DNA of 63,573 bases, the filler included, from Reclinomonas americana ATCC 50394 (taxonomy: Eukaryota): NCBI GenBank assembly GCA_048213135.1. It is 35 parts of 35 records of this genome, joined end to end, with 100 filler letters (N's around TTAATTAATTAA, not from the genome) between each part and the next. Parts side by side here need not be neighbours in the genome. Positions count along the whole stretch, not along the records: positions 1 to 1,798 come from AFZH01025194.1; positions 1,899 to 3,696 come from AFZH01025196.1; positions 3,797 to 5,593 come from AFZH01025197.1; positions 5,694 to 7,489 come from AFZH01025198.1; positions 7,590 to 9,382 come from AFZH01025199.1; positions 9,483 to 11,274 come from AFZH01025200.1; positions 11,375 to 13,160 come from AFZH01025201.1; 28 more parts are not named here. The stretch is one strand, 5' to 3'. The notes below the pieces were generated by a model. It was not told the DNA's origin, made no database searches, and saw only the letters and a list, made by a program, of their open reading frames with translations. Of the stretch, positions 1 through 11,521 are shown piece by piece; the first letter of the stretch is position 1; each line of letters starts with the position of its first letter. A program made the translations under genes and the position numbers.

Positions 1-1298
1 TTGCGATCGCGCAGTCGGCGCACCAGCAGCGCCATGCTCTCACGCGTGACAGCCGCCTGCCTGGTCAGATTGCTCACCATACCGCGCTTGTCTGCTCGTG
101 TGTGAGAGCAACGCACAGGCTAGAAACAAACCACCGACAGGAGACGCACCCTTGGTGATGGCCGAACTCAACGCGGCGATTGCATTGAAACAGACGAAAT
201 CGTCGTCGTCCTCGATCAGACGCAGCAGCGACTCGATGCCGTTGAAATCCACCACCGCCTGCTGCGCGAGGATCCGACCTGCGTATCTTGCGGTCAGCAC
301 GGTCGAGATCAGTGTCAAAGCAAGAGAGGCATTGCGTGGCGGCGCACCATCCATGATGTGTCCGAGGGCCACCACGGCGTATCCACGAATCGACGGCACG
401 GTGTGCAGGAGGTACGCAACGAGATCGCGGATGACGTTGCATCGTAGTGCCAGCGTAACATTGTCGGGAGTGTCTGCTCAACACCTACATAAGCTGCAGA
501 CGAAAGGGGAGAGACTGCACCGACCGACAGACCTGCCAAGGCTGCCGCCAGCGCCGACAAGACAGCCGTGAGTTTCACGTCCGTGAGCTTGCGCTGAATG
601 AGGCTGCAGAGGGCACGAAGCGCCTCGGTGCGCGTGCCAACCACACGACGCGCCGCAGGTTCCACTACACACGCAGCGTCGGCAAACAACACCAACATCG
701 CGGACAACTCTCCACGCAACAGCTCATCATGGCCTCCAGCAAGTACGCCGCACACACAACCACATCCATGCTGCCTCCGTCACCATCCTCCTCCTCCAGC
801 AGCCCCGCCACAACACGCATCGTCGCCGAGTGCGTCATGGTCTCTCGACTCGAATCATCGGCGCGCACCAGCGCCGCCAACGCCCACAACACATACGGAC
901 GAACCGCGCTCCACAGCCGCACCTCCAGCATTGTCGACAGCACCTCCAGCACCGCCGCCTTGTCACCCAACTGATCCACCAACTCCTCTGCACTGCGCAT
1001 AAGCAACAACACAACACATAGACACACAAGAAGACGAAAAACAAAGCGCACGTTGCCCCAACGCCGTCGTCAACTGCGACAGTGCCAGTTGCACCTCGGT
1101 CGACGACGCGACAGACGCAGACACAGACGAGAGCAGCAGCTGCACAGCCTCCTGCGCCTCATCCAGTGTCACCCGCGCAGATGACGTCGGCAGGCCTCTC
1201 CGCACCCCAGGCGACGCTGCATATCGCGGTGATCGCGCGCGAAACGCCACTCTTCGTCGCCCTCCACTGAGTGGCGACACAGCACTCGCCGAGCTCAT
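1..1298 (-). CDS. Armadillo/HEAT-like repeat protein, multi-exon, 3'-partial (eukaryote)
   Basis: ORF pieces join through short GT-AG introns (e.g. donor GTGCGC 1051-1046) into Leu/Ala-rich helical repeats (GIESLLRLIEDDDDFVCFNAIAALS). Start codon uncertain. Confidence 0.5.
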
Positions 1299-1701
1299 CA
1301 CTGTGCACACACGAACGAGATATTTGACAGCGAGCTGTTCTGTCCACGTGCTCTTTCTCGCGCGCATGTCATGATTGGCGACTTGCATCTTGGCCCGGTG
1401 GTGGACACCAATGCGGAGGCAAAGTCCGGGCGAGGGCGAGGGCGAGGAGGATCGTTTGCCAGTGCGTTTCCGTACTCGGCCACTGGCAAGCTGGTGGTGA
1501 TGCCGGGCGGTCGCGCGCCCAATCATCAACAAGGTCTCTCGGTCTCCCTCCTGTAGTATGTGTGAGTAGAGTCGCTGATGGGGGCACAGGGTGGAATCGA
1601 GAGGTGTTTGAGTCGTCGACTGCGCACTGGGTGCAGGCATATGTTGCGTTCTTCGTGTCTGTGTTCTCCTCCGTTGGTGTGGACTCTCACTGGTGACACA
1701 T

Positions 1702-1702
<1 letters not shown>

Positions 1703-1777
<75 letters not shown>
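1703..1777. repeat. (CA)n microsatellite at contig end; representative of many (CA)n/(GA)n/(TCC-TCT)n tracts ending eukaryotic contigs
   Basis: Directly visible. Similar tracts at 11173-11228, 13056-13138, 18731-18820, 35215-35274, 38742-38832, 40645-40717, 54852-54939. Confidence 0.97.
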
Positions 1778-1779
<2 letters not shown>

Positions 1780-1798
1780 AGTCGGTACGGTCGGTACG

Positions 1799-1898
1799 NN
1801 NNNNNNNNNNNNNNNNNNNNNNNNNNNNNNNNNNNNNNNNNNTTAATTAATTAANNNNNNNNNNNNNNNNNNNNNNNNNNNNNNNNNNNNNNNNNNNN
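1799..1898. other. Artificial contig-joining spacer N44-TTAATTAATTAA-N44 (first of ~34 identical spacers)
   Basis: The same 100-nt spacer recurs about every 1.9 kb. TTAATTAATTAA gives stops in all six frames. Sequence character changes abruptly across spacers. Confidence 0.98.
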
Positions 1899-2654
1899 CA
1901 CACAGGCACAGCGATCACCGTCATTCTCACTGGCACGACTGAGATCACGGAGTGTGGGGAAAGGAGAAATCGGTAGAACTGTCGGACAGGTGGAAAGAGG
2001 CAAAAACCGATTGCATACCGGCCGCCCTCCTGGTGGGTGTGGGTGCGTGGCGGCGGGTGAGACAGCCGGCTACTATTGATGCAGGAATAGGGGGCGGGAA
2101 TTGGGGGAGGAAAAGAACTCTGCGAGAAATGGAATTGGAGAAAGGGAAGAAAGGAAGCACGAACGGGCGGTGAGCGGTGGAAATCGAAGCAATCCGGCAT
2201 GGCTCCGAATGAAATGCAGCCGAGAAATCCGACAGGGGGATGGGTGGAAGGTGTGAGTGAGATGAATTGCACGATGGAGTCGATGGAGAGAGTGGAGAAG
2301 ATGCACATCATGCGAAACATTCACACACAGACGCATGCAGCAAGCAACGGTGCGGATTCAGCTGAAATGATGGCCATCGATGAAATAACAGGGCGGGAAT
2401 GAGGTCAGATTTGGAAACAAAGGATGAGATCACATGGGCGGAGAGGGGAAGAAGGATTCTGCCAGAGGGAATGCGCAATGCTGATGCCGGTGAGGAGCTG
2501 CAATTGATTGACTGAAGCAATTCCGAATTCAAATAAATCGCAGAGAGAGGGTGAAAGGAGAGGTCAAATCGATCAGTGATTGATGGAGGAGTGGGGATGG
2601 AGAGGTGCGAGAGTGTATTCTTGGAGTGGAATGAGGAAAATAAGAAAGGCACGG

Positions 2655-3125
2655 GTGAGAATTGGGGAAAGGAGATGCGAGAATTGGGGAAAGGAGATGG
2701 AAGGGAGCAAGGATGAGAATTGGGGAAAGGAGATGGGGAGAGAATAGAATGTGGAAACATATTCTTGAAGTGAATGAAAGAATATGGGCAATGCAAGAGG
2801 GGAATGGTGAAATCAATGCAATGACAGAAATAGTTTCATTGTAGAAGGCACAAGGGACGGGTATTTTGAATACAAGAGAAAGAGCTGGGGAGAGAATAGA
2901 ATGTGGAAACATATTCTTGGAGTGAAAGAAAGAATTTGGGCAATGCAAGAGGGGAATGGTGAAATCGATGCAATGACGGGAATAGCTTCAATGAGAGAGA
3001 AAGAAAAGGGGAATAAAAGGCACAAGGATGGGTATTTGAATGCAAGAGACATGTGAATGAATAGGTGGTGTGTTTTAAAAGGGGTTGTATTTGAAAGAAT
3101 CTGGGCAATTCAAGAGGGGAGTGGC
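2655..3125. repeat. Degenerate tandem repeats (~21-nt GAGAATTGGGGAAAGGAGATG x3; ~150-nt unit x2-3)
   Basis: GGGGAGAGAATAGAATGTGGAAACATATTCTTG...GGGCAATGCAAGAGGGGAATGGTGAAATC recurs near 2735 and 2887, with a decayed copy near 3100. Confidence 0.85.
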
Positions 3126-4065
3126 CTATCGAGCGCACTTGTCTCCCTTCAAAAGCCACATGACCCCCTCTTTCCGCATCATCTTTCAAAACAAATAATG
3201 GATTACCTTCAGAAATCAAGTGACATTACTCTTCTGATCAGGGGTTGGGGTATTCTGATGAAAGGAAAGGGCTCTATTCATGAAACACTGCCCAGTGAGC
3301 GCACTTTACACACACAAAACGAGCCAATGGACGCCCTATTTTTCAATCATTGTTTCGAAGGGAAGGAAGGAGAGAAGCATTATTCTTTTCTTCCTTTTTC
3401 TCATTTGAATTGAGAAGAGAGGAGCCGCGTGAAGGAGAGAGAGGGACTTTCTTTTCTCTTTCTTTTCTTTTGAATGGAGAACGGCACATAAAGGAGAAGG
3501 GACTTTCTTTTTTCTTTTTTGAATTGAGAAGAGAGGAGCCGGAGGCGACTCTCTTCTCTTTGAAGGAGAGAGAGAGACTTCTTTTTCTCACTCATCAAGA
3601 AAGAGAAGAAAAACAAACAGTCTCTCTCCTCTCTCATCAAGAAAGAGAAGAAAGACAATCAGTCTCTCTCTCACTCATCAAGAAAGAGAAGAAAGANNNN
3701 NNNNNNNNNNNNNNNNNNNNNNNNNNNNNNNNNNNNNNNNTTAATTAATTAANNNNNNNNNNNNNNNNNNNNNNNNNNNNNNNNNNNNNNNNNNNNACTG
3801 CTTGTTCCACCTCCTCCTCCTCTTCCTCTGCCTCTTCCTCCATGTGGGAAGGTGTGGAGGAGGGGGAGGAGTGTGATCAGAGATAGTGTGTGTTGGGAGT
3901 GCGTGGTTCCTCTCTTTGCGTGTGTGTGTGGCATAGTGCGGCGTAGCGGTCTTGTTTGTCTCCCGGTTGTGTCTGTCGGTGTGCTCTTGTTCAAGCGTGT
4001 GTTGGCAGTACAATCAGTGATGAGCGAAGCTGTTACATTGGTTGGTTGTGGTGCTGTCGCTTGCT

Positions 4066-5562
4066 TTACGGTGGAATGTCGAAGAGTGGTAGTGCGTGTT
4101 CTCGCCATTCGTCGTCGAAGCGGCGCTTGCCGGCCTCGGCTGCACCCTGTCGTAGCCGCGCCAGTCGCTTGTCGCCTTGTTGGCCGCTGAACAGCAGCTC
4201 CTGTGTGTGTGTGTGTGTGGCGATGAGTGAGTGTCATGGCAGCTGTGCACGTGAGGAGAATAGTGGGATGCAGGCAGGTACCAGCAACTGCTCGGCCAGC
4301 TGCTCGGCATCCACAAACGTGAGGCCGTTGACGTCTTCGCGAATGAGCTCGTGGATGCTGTGTGTGTGTGTCAGGAGGTGAGCAGGTAGTGAGTGACTGT
4401 TGGTTGTGTTGGCGGTGTGTGCACGCAACGCCTTGTACTTGAGGGCCAGTGCCGGCAGGCTGGCGCCCATCATGTCCACCACCTTCATCGGCAGATCGAC
4501 GGCGGACGAGCTGGCGTGCAGCGACACAGCCCAGATCGCACGCGCCGAGCAGGCGCGGATAGTCGCCGGCCTCGAGCCACACCATGAGCACCTGCACAGC
4601 GTTCCACTCCATGCGGCGAATCTCGCGCTCGTAGTGCGACTTGAGCGGGCCGCGACCGGTGATAAAGGCCACCAACTGCGGTCCGGCCGCGCCACCCAAG
4701 CCGTCGGAGCTGAGTCGGTGGTCCACCCGCTGCAGTGCCTCCAAATACACGGACAAGTCCTCGTCGGCCGTGTACGACGTGCTGGTGACAATGCAACGAG
4801 GCGGTCGCCGCGCAGCGCCCGACAAACGCTGCAGCAGCTCGTTGGCTTCGAGCTCGGGCAGGCGACCACAAAAGAACTCGGCCGGGCAGTCGCGCACCAC
4901 CACCGGCTCCACCTTCAGTCCCCACTGTGCAATCATATCCTGCCGCATCGCCTCCGACACGCACATGCGATCGTCGGCCAGGCGGCCGCCAAAGGTGACC
5001 TCCAGCACCGTTGCCAGGCGCACCACCCAGTGTTTCTGAAGAAAAAAACCAAACAAACTCGGTAATGAGCACAACGCGGAGTCGACAGCTAGTGGCCAAA
5101 GGTATTCGTACTTTGGAGCGGAAGCGCATGGCCAGCATCGAATGCGTGTAGTTGTGCCAGTCGACGACCAATCGCGCACCGCGCAGCCGCGACACGACAT
5201 AGGCAACCATGACGTAGGGAATGGCCGGTGGATTCTGCACAACAACAACGCGCAGGATCAGACCAGCACAACACTCCCCCTGGTCCCTTGGCGACGACAA
5301 CGCACTTGCACGAGGATAAAGTCGGGCTTGTGGGCGACAAAGAGCAGCACGAGAAGCGCCGAGATCACATGCAACACAATCCGAACCGGCGCCAGCAGCA
5401 GAAACAGGAGACGCGCAAACCACGACTTGTCCTCGCTCTCCGCTGCCTGATCGCCACCAGGCTTGCCACTGCGACGCCCAGGCACCAGCCACGCGCCAAT
5501 ATCCGGCAGAGTCACCAGACGGATGTGCTCGTGTGATGCCACGCGTTCGTGAGGAGCAGGTC
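4066..5562 (-). CDS. ALG1: Chitobiosyldiphosphodolichol beta-1,4-mannosyltransferase, 5'-partial, 5 exons, one apparent frameshift near 4530
   Basis: Motifs VQNPPAIP, VDWHNY, VTSTSYTADED, ITGRGPLK, WLEAGDYPRLLGACDL, SLHASSSAVDLPMKVVDM, IHELIREDVNGLTF. Stop TAA at 4066-4068. Confidence 0.93.
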
Positions 5563-5730
5563 CTGTGAATGTTGGTGTGTGTGTGTGAGAGAGNNNNNNN
5601 NNNNNNNNNNNNNNNNNNNNNNNNNNNNNNNNNNNNNTTAATTAATTAANNNNNNNNNNNNNNNNNNNNNNNNNNNNNNNNNNNNNNNNNNNNTATCAAT
5701 CCGGATGCGGCCTCCAAAGGAGGACACGCT

Positions 5731-6357
5731 ATGCCGATCGAACATCAGCAACGTGACGAGCGTCCCGCCTGGAACGCGGGTCGCCTTATCGGGCCCAAGC
5801 CGCCGCTGAAACCTCGTCATATTTGGGCGATCCGAACGCGACTGCAGCATGATCAGCGCGTACGAGACCTCGCCATGTTCAATCTGGCGATCGACAGCAA
5901 GTTGCGAGGCTGCGATCTCGTTCGCTTGCGGATCAGCGATGTCGTGCTGGGCGGCACGGTCAGACTGCGGACCTCGATCATCCAGCAGAAGACAGGTCGG
6001 CCAGTGCCCTTCGAGCTGACCGACCCGACGCGGGAGGCCTTGACCGCTTGGCTCAGGCGTCGACCATCCGGCGATGCTGACTGGCTCTTTCCTAGCCGGA
6101 GCCATAAAGGCGATCACGTCACCACCCGCCAATATGGGCGCCTGCTCGACGACTGGGTTTCGCTGATCGGGCTCGACCCCGCTCTGTATGGGACCCATAG
6201 CCTGAGACGGACCAAAGTCGCGCTGATCTATAAGCGGACCGGCAACTTGCGAGCATGCCAGCTCCTGCTCGGCCATTCGAAGTTGGAGAGCACGGTCAGA
6301 TACCTCGGCATCGAGGTCGACGACGCCTTGATTCTCTCTGAACAGACCGACCTTTGA
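5731..6357 (+). CDS. Short tyrosine recombinase/phage integrase family protein (catalytic domain only), bacterial
   Basis: 208 aa with R (KLRGCD), K (QQKT), HxxR (HSLRR), H (LGH) and Y (VRYLG). Shine-Dalgarno AAGGAGG just upstream. Confidence 0.93.
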   Translation: MPIEHQQRDERPAWNAGRLIGPKPPLKPRHIWAIRTRLQHDQRVRDLAMFNLAIDSKLRGCDLVRLRISDVVLGGTVRLRTSIIQQKTGRPVPFELTDPTREALTAWLRRRPSGDADWLFPSRSHKGDHVTTRQYGRLLDDWVSLIGLDPALYGTHSLRRTKVALIYKRTGNLRACQLLLGHSKLESTVRYLGIEVDDALILSEQTDL

Positions 6358-6581
6358 AGAGGCGCCTGGCGGCAGGGCTCACGCAGCCGCTGGGCGCGCC
6401 TTCGTGCTAAACGAGCCCGTTGGAGTGAATCTGCTTGAGCAACAGATCCGTCGTGACAGCGGCGCGGCGACTGGATTCCGGCGCAATGCCGAGCAATTCC
6501 GCACTACCTTTCGATGCACTAAATTCTTTCGTGAAACTGGGGCCGGCCGGCGCGCCGAGGACAGCAAGGAGAGAGCTTCCG

Positions 6582-7031
6582 ATGCTCAATTTGATCCTGC
6601 TTCTCGCGTTGGTCGCATCGGTATCCGTTGTGATTGCTGTGCTCGTCGTCCGCTCCTTTCCGAGTGGGTCCGAAGTCCGCCGTCGTTTGGGCGCACTGTC
6701 GTTCATGATCATACCCTGGGGTCTTATGATCCTCTCGGGCCCTTTCATGATCGACCATCATGCGGCCGGCACGGAAATCCGCGGATGGATGATAACCGGC
6801 CAGTTCACGTCCATGGCGCTTCTTTGTGGAATTGCGGCAATCGGCATCGTTCGGGCGCGGGGTGCGAGGCGGTTCGCATCGGTGATCGGCGGCGCCAATA
6901 TCATCCTGGTCTTCCTGTTGGTCTGCGTCAGCGTCACGATCATCGAGCCCGGTTCCGAGCAAGGCCCGACGGCAATCAGAGAACAGAGCGCCGTCCACTC
7001 ACAGCAGCCGGAGCCGATCCGAAGGCCATAG
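6582..7031 (+). CDS. Hypothetical membrane protein (~4 TM), bacterial
   Basis: AAGGAG upstream of ATG 6582; four hydrophobic segments in MLNLILLL...PIRRP. Confidence 0.6.
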   Translation: MLNLILLLALVASVSVVIAVLVVRSFPSGSEVRRRLGALSFMIIPWGLMILSGPFMIDHHAAGTEIRGWMITGQFTSMALLCGIAAIGIVRARGARRFASVIGGANIILVFLLVCVSVTIIEPGSEQGPTAIREQSAVHSQQPEPIRRP

Positions 7032-7147
7032 CGCACAGGGTCATGATCGATCGCGCACGGCAGGATGCCGATCGCAATGCGATGCAATCGGCATCAATTG
7101 CCTGGGCCGGCACCGGCACGGCATGCTGGCCGCTCAAGGAGGCGGCG

Positions 7148-7489
7148 ATGAGCGTTTGGAGTGATTGGCTCGACAGGTTGCATCCCATCGTCCAACGCCT
7201 TCGGCAACCGAGGCCGACGGGCATGCCGGCGCCGGACCTTTACCCACCGGAGCCATACGATCCACCCCTCGGGCCGGACATCATCGCGCTCGCCTCCGTT
7301 CTCGATTGGCGATCGTCGGGCTTGCAGGCTGCTCTGCGCGGCGAGGATTGGCCCGAGGCGCCGGCTTCGTTCGGGGCGCTCCATGAGCGCGCGGAACGTT
7401 CCGATCGGTTTCGCGAGGCCTGTCAGGAGCATCGTCGGAGCCCCTCGCAGCTTCTCCTCGGCGCGCTGCATATGGTTGCCTTCGGCCGA
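7148..7489 (+). CDS. Hypothetical protein, 3'-partial, bacterial
   Basis: AAGGAGG at 7136-7142 before ATG 7148; frame open to the contig end. Confidence 0.5.
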
Positions 7490-7645
7490 NNNNNNNNNNN
7501 NNNNNNNNNNNNNNNNNNNNNNNNNNNNNNNNNTTAATTAATTAANNNNNNNNNNNNNNNNNNNNNNNNNNNNNNNNNNNNNNNNNNNNTCGTCAGCTTC
7601 CCCCCCTCGCACTCACCACAACACTTCTTCTTCTGTCTCACTCAC

Positions 7646-9320
7646 CGCAGTTCCTTGCTCTTCCAAAAGTCGCGGCCAAACACCTTTCGATGCATGATGA
7701 GAGCGCGCCGCAAATACGTCATCATCATGGGAATGTCGCCCTTGCGTTGGTAAAAGTAGGCCACATTCTCCAGCGCACGGCACCCATTCGGATTCTCCAA
7801 GCCCACCACGTTTTCCATCACCGACAGCGAGTCGAGGAATACTCTGCTCGTGCACGGTGAGATGATGCCTGCAGCACCAGAGAGATAATAATTGACATGC
7901 TTACGCAACGACTCGGCCTGCTCCAAGAACCCGACCTCCTTCAAGAAGAGAGCAAAGTTGCTCTTGTAGAACGCGACTTCTGGGTCCCACTGGCCAATCG
8001 CCACCTCACGGCAGTGAATCGCCTGCGTAAATGCCTCGCGACCCCGGGCCACCAACTGGTCGGTCTCTCCGTGCGTTTGGACCTGTTCCGCCATCACTGT
8101 GCATGAGCAAGCAACACACACAAACACACACAGAAACAAGATATGTGTTGCGGTTATCGCACCTTGCGCCAAATGATGCAACCCATTGTCGCCCGGACCA
8201 TGGCATACAACGGATGTTCGGCTGTGATTACTGACTCCACCACTTGCATCGCCGAGTTGGCCTCCCACTCTGCGCGATCGAAATCCTTCTTGAACTCGGC
8301 CAGCACGTAGGCCAGGTGGCACTTGGCGATGCACAGATCGATCAGTCGAGGTCGCATGGCCTTGGTGACCAGCACCTCATCCGCGCTGCTTCCGTTCGCT
8401 CCCGCCGTGACGCCATCGACCTTTTCACCTGCCGTGCCTTCGTCTGTGGTGGACGTATCTGTGACGGCGCGTGCGTGTGTGAGACCATTTCTTCCTTCCC
8501 ACACGAGTACACACACACATACGCGCACGACGCACGTGTTGGCGACGGTGTGGTGCTTGATGGCGCAGATTTGCTCGAGGCCGCCGTGTCGGCGGTGACC
8601 AAACGTGCCAACATGTCGACCGCTCGCTCCTGTGCCATAGCATTGTGAGCACCACGGGAAGAGATAGGCAAGAACACCAGGAGACGCACCAAGAATGCCA
8701 CTGCCAGCTCCCACTCCTGATTGTACGTGTACAGCCAGCCCAAGCACTTGATGGTGTTGGCATACTGGTGCGAATCGGCGGCACGCGAGTCCTTCAGAAT
8801 CTGCGACGAAGATCATTGGTCACCGAGTCGCGCTCTCACATCTCTCTTTGCATTGCTCACCTCCAGCGCGCGGCCGAGAATGATTTCCAGATCCTTTGCT
8901 GGCACCTGGAGTTGCAGGGTGTAGAACGCAGAGGCCGCAGACGCCGCCAGGTCGCGACCCTCCGGCGTCTTATCGTCGCGCAAGTAGGCCACCAGAGTCT
9001 GCGAGAGAGGTGCAGGATGAGTGGACCGAATGCCGCGGCTGAATGACAGCGGGCCTTACCTGATAGTGCAACTCGTCGGCGGCGTATGCGTCGAGCACCG
9101 AGCCCTCCAGATTGCCCTCGCCCAGCACGTGGAACTGCTCTAGTTTTCGCAGTCTCCTCATCCAGTAGCTCATGACACGGAAGCGGATTTCGCCTTCGTT
9201 CTGAGCCGTCACAGGCCGCAACATTATGCGCACATTCTCGCGTGTGTGATACAACTCGGTGGCATCCTCAAAGTCCAACAGCACCAGCGCCACCAGGATG
9301 CCCAGTGAGCGTTGCAGATC
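7646..9320 (-). CDS. TPR-repeat protein (kinesin-light-chain/NPHP3-like repeats), internal multi-exon fragment
   Basis: Spliced frames give TPR-like units (LGWLYTYNQEWELAVAFL; HPLYAMVRATMGCI; ALENVAYFYQRKGD..YLRRALIMHRKVFG). Confidence 0.65.
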
Positions 9321-9525
9321 CTGCGAGTTACATGAGAGAAATGCCAGCGATAAGAGCAACGAGTGCACACATGCGCGTCGCANNNNNNNNNNNNNNNNNN
9401 NNNNNNNNNNNNNNNNNNNNNNNNNNTTAATTAATTAANNNNNNNNNNNNNNNNNNNNNNNNNNNNNNNNNNNNNNNNNNNNACGTACGTACGACGACGA
9501 CGAACGAACGAACGACGACGACGAC

Positions 9526-9565
<40 letters not shown>

Positions 9566-9572
9566 GGCGCAC

Positions 9573-11167
9573 CAACACTGTATAATGCCCGTGCGACGCC
9601 AGAATGTGCAGCACAGTTCGCTTTTGTGTGTCGACGCGCGTCAAAGCGTGAGGACTCTCTTTGAGGAGGTCCAGCAGGATTTCCGGATGCTTGCATGACG
9701 CCGTCATGTGCAACGGCGTCCGACCGCGTCCGTCCGGCAGCTAATCATCACAAGGGCAGTCAGCATAAGCACGTGCAGCGCGGTGATTACAAAGACACAC
9801 ACCTCCAGCGACTCGGGCCACCATCGCAAGATGGACACCAGCATGTCGATGGAGCGAGCCGAGGCAGTCGCCTTGTGCATCACTGTCTGGTGACCCACAT
9901 CGGTTGCCTGCAACAACTGTGGCCTCTGTTCGTACAACCACGTCAACCTGCACGACGGGAATGAACAACAACATGCGCACAGGAAACGCAAACAGAAGCA
10001 CGGTCAACGCAACACTGGCAGGTGGCCCCACGAAGCCGCAATGTGGAACGCCGTCCGCCCCTTCTTGTCGCGCGCCTCGACCAGCTCAGGCCGGTGGCGC
10101 ACAAGCGCCTTGCACGCCTCCAAGTGACCCCAAGACTGCAGGTGAAAGTTCACTCGTCAGGGGGAGAGAGACGGAGAGGAAAAAAAAAAGAGTGATTGAC
10201 ACGCAACAGCAGCATGATGAAGGTGCGAGCGACCATGCTCGTCCCTCAAGTCCGCTTGCTCTGGATAGTGGGTGAGAAGCATCTCGACCACGTTTGTACT
10301 GTGCTCGATGTGAGCGACACCATACGCACGGTCGGGGGGAAGGAGAGGAGATAACAGTCACACGCACCGACCCCAGCACGCGGCAGTGGACAGTGGAATG
10401 CGACCACTCTCATCCTTCGTCAGCAGCAGCGACGGGAACCGCTGTGCCAGTGATTCCACCATCTCTGCGTTGCCCCAGCTGGCCGCCACTGCCAGCACCG
10501 ACTGATCCTTGCCGTCCATCAAATCTACCAGGTTCGGTTGCGAGTCCAGAATAGCATCAACGACCTGGAACAACAAAAAAAACATGAGACAACAACGATG
10601 GTGGTGTGGTGGCAGTGCACAGCAGAAACCCACCGCCATGCGGTTGTGTGCAGCAGCCCAGTGTAATGGCGTCTGCAAGAGATTGGCATCGCGTTGCAAC
10701 AGGAGCTCCTTGCGGTAGTGGATGAGGCGCCGTGTCATGGCAGGATGTCCGCGTTCGGCCAGCCAATGCAACGGTGTCACCTTGTCCTTGCTCTTCTCGC
10801 AGTACGTCAGATCGTTCTTGCACTCCAGCAGCAGATCAACAAAGAACGGTCGGTCCTGCTTCAGCTCGGACCAGTGCGAGAAGCACTGTCCGGCCTCCGG
10901 GAAGAGATTGAGCCACTTGACGAGCGCCGTGCTGCGATCATCCATGGCGGCACCCTCGACTGGCGCCCACTCGGCACAGCGCGCAAGCAGGCGGGAGACA
11001 CGCGAGTAGCGCGCACCGGCCTCCTTCGGGGCGTGCACCGCAAACACCGAGTACAGTCCGAGAGGGAGCAGCATCTTGACCACGGTGTTGGTGGTCTGTG
11101 GACCCAAGGCCGCCGCAACATTCTGACTTGAAAACATGAACGAGCACGCATGGAACAGCAGTTCCGG
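9573..11167 (-). CDS. Ankyrin-repeat protein, internal multi-exon fragment
   Basis: TPLHWLAERGH, QTPLHWAAAHN, RTAFHIAASWGH, RTVLHILASHGH joined by short GT-AG introns. Confidence 0.88.
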
Positions 11168-11171
11168 CTGC

Positions 11172-11230
<59 letters not shown>

Positions 11231-11521
11231 CAGAGAGAAGAACTAACAAACAAACGTAGGTACGGACGGAACGGNNNNNNNNNNNNNNNNNNNNNNNNNN
11301 NNNNNNNNNNNNNNNNNNTTAATTAATTAANNNNNNNNNNNNNNNNNNNNNNNNNNNNNNNNNNNNNNNNNNNNATCTCTTCTTCTTCCTCTTCCTCTTC
11401 CTCTTCCTCTTCCTCTTCCTCTTCCTCTTCCTCTTCCTCTTCCTCTTCCTCTTCCTCTTCCTCCTCCTCCTTCTTCTTCTTCTTATTCTTGTTCTTGTAA
11501 TGAAGCATCACAGTGCCTCAC

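Noticed and set aside
415..420. GTTGCG on the minus strand as another splice donor
   Set aside because: It reads through as coding (RDLVAYLLHTVPSIRG), so it was not counted.
963..1781. ORFs with CVCVCV/THTHTH/ERERER runs or X stretches (also 39816-40718, 41425-42483 and others)
   Set aside because: These are translations of microsatellites, introns or N spacers, not proteins.
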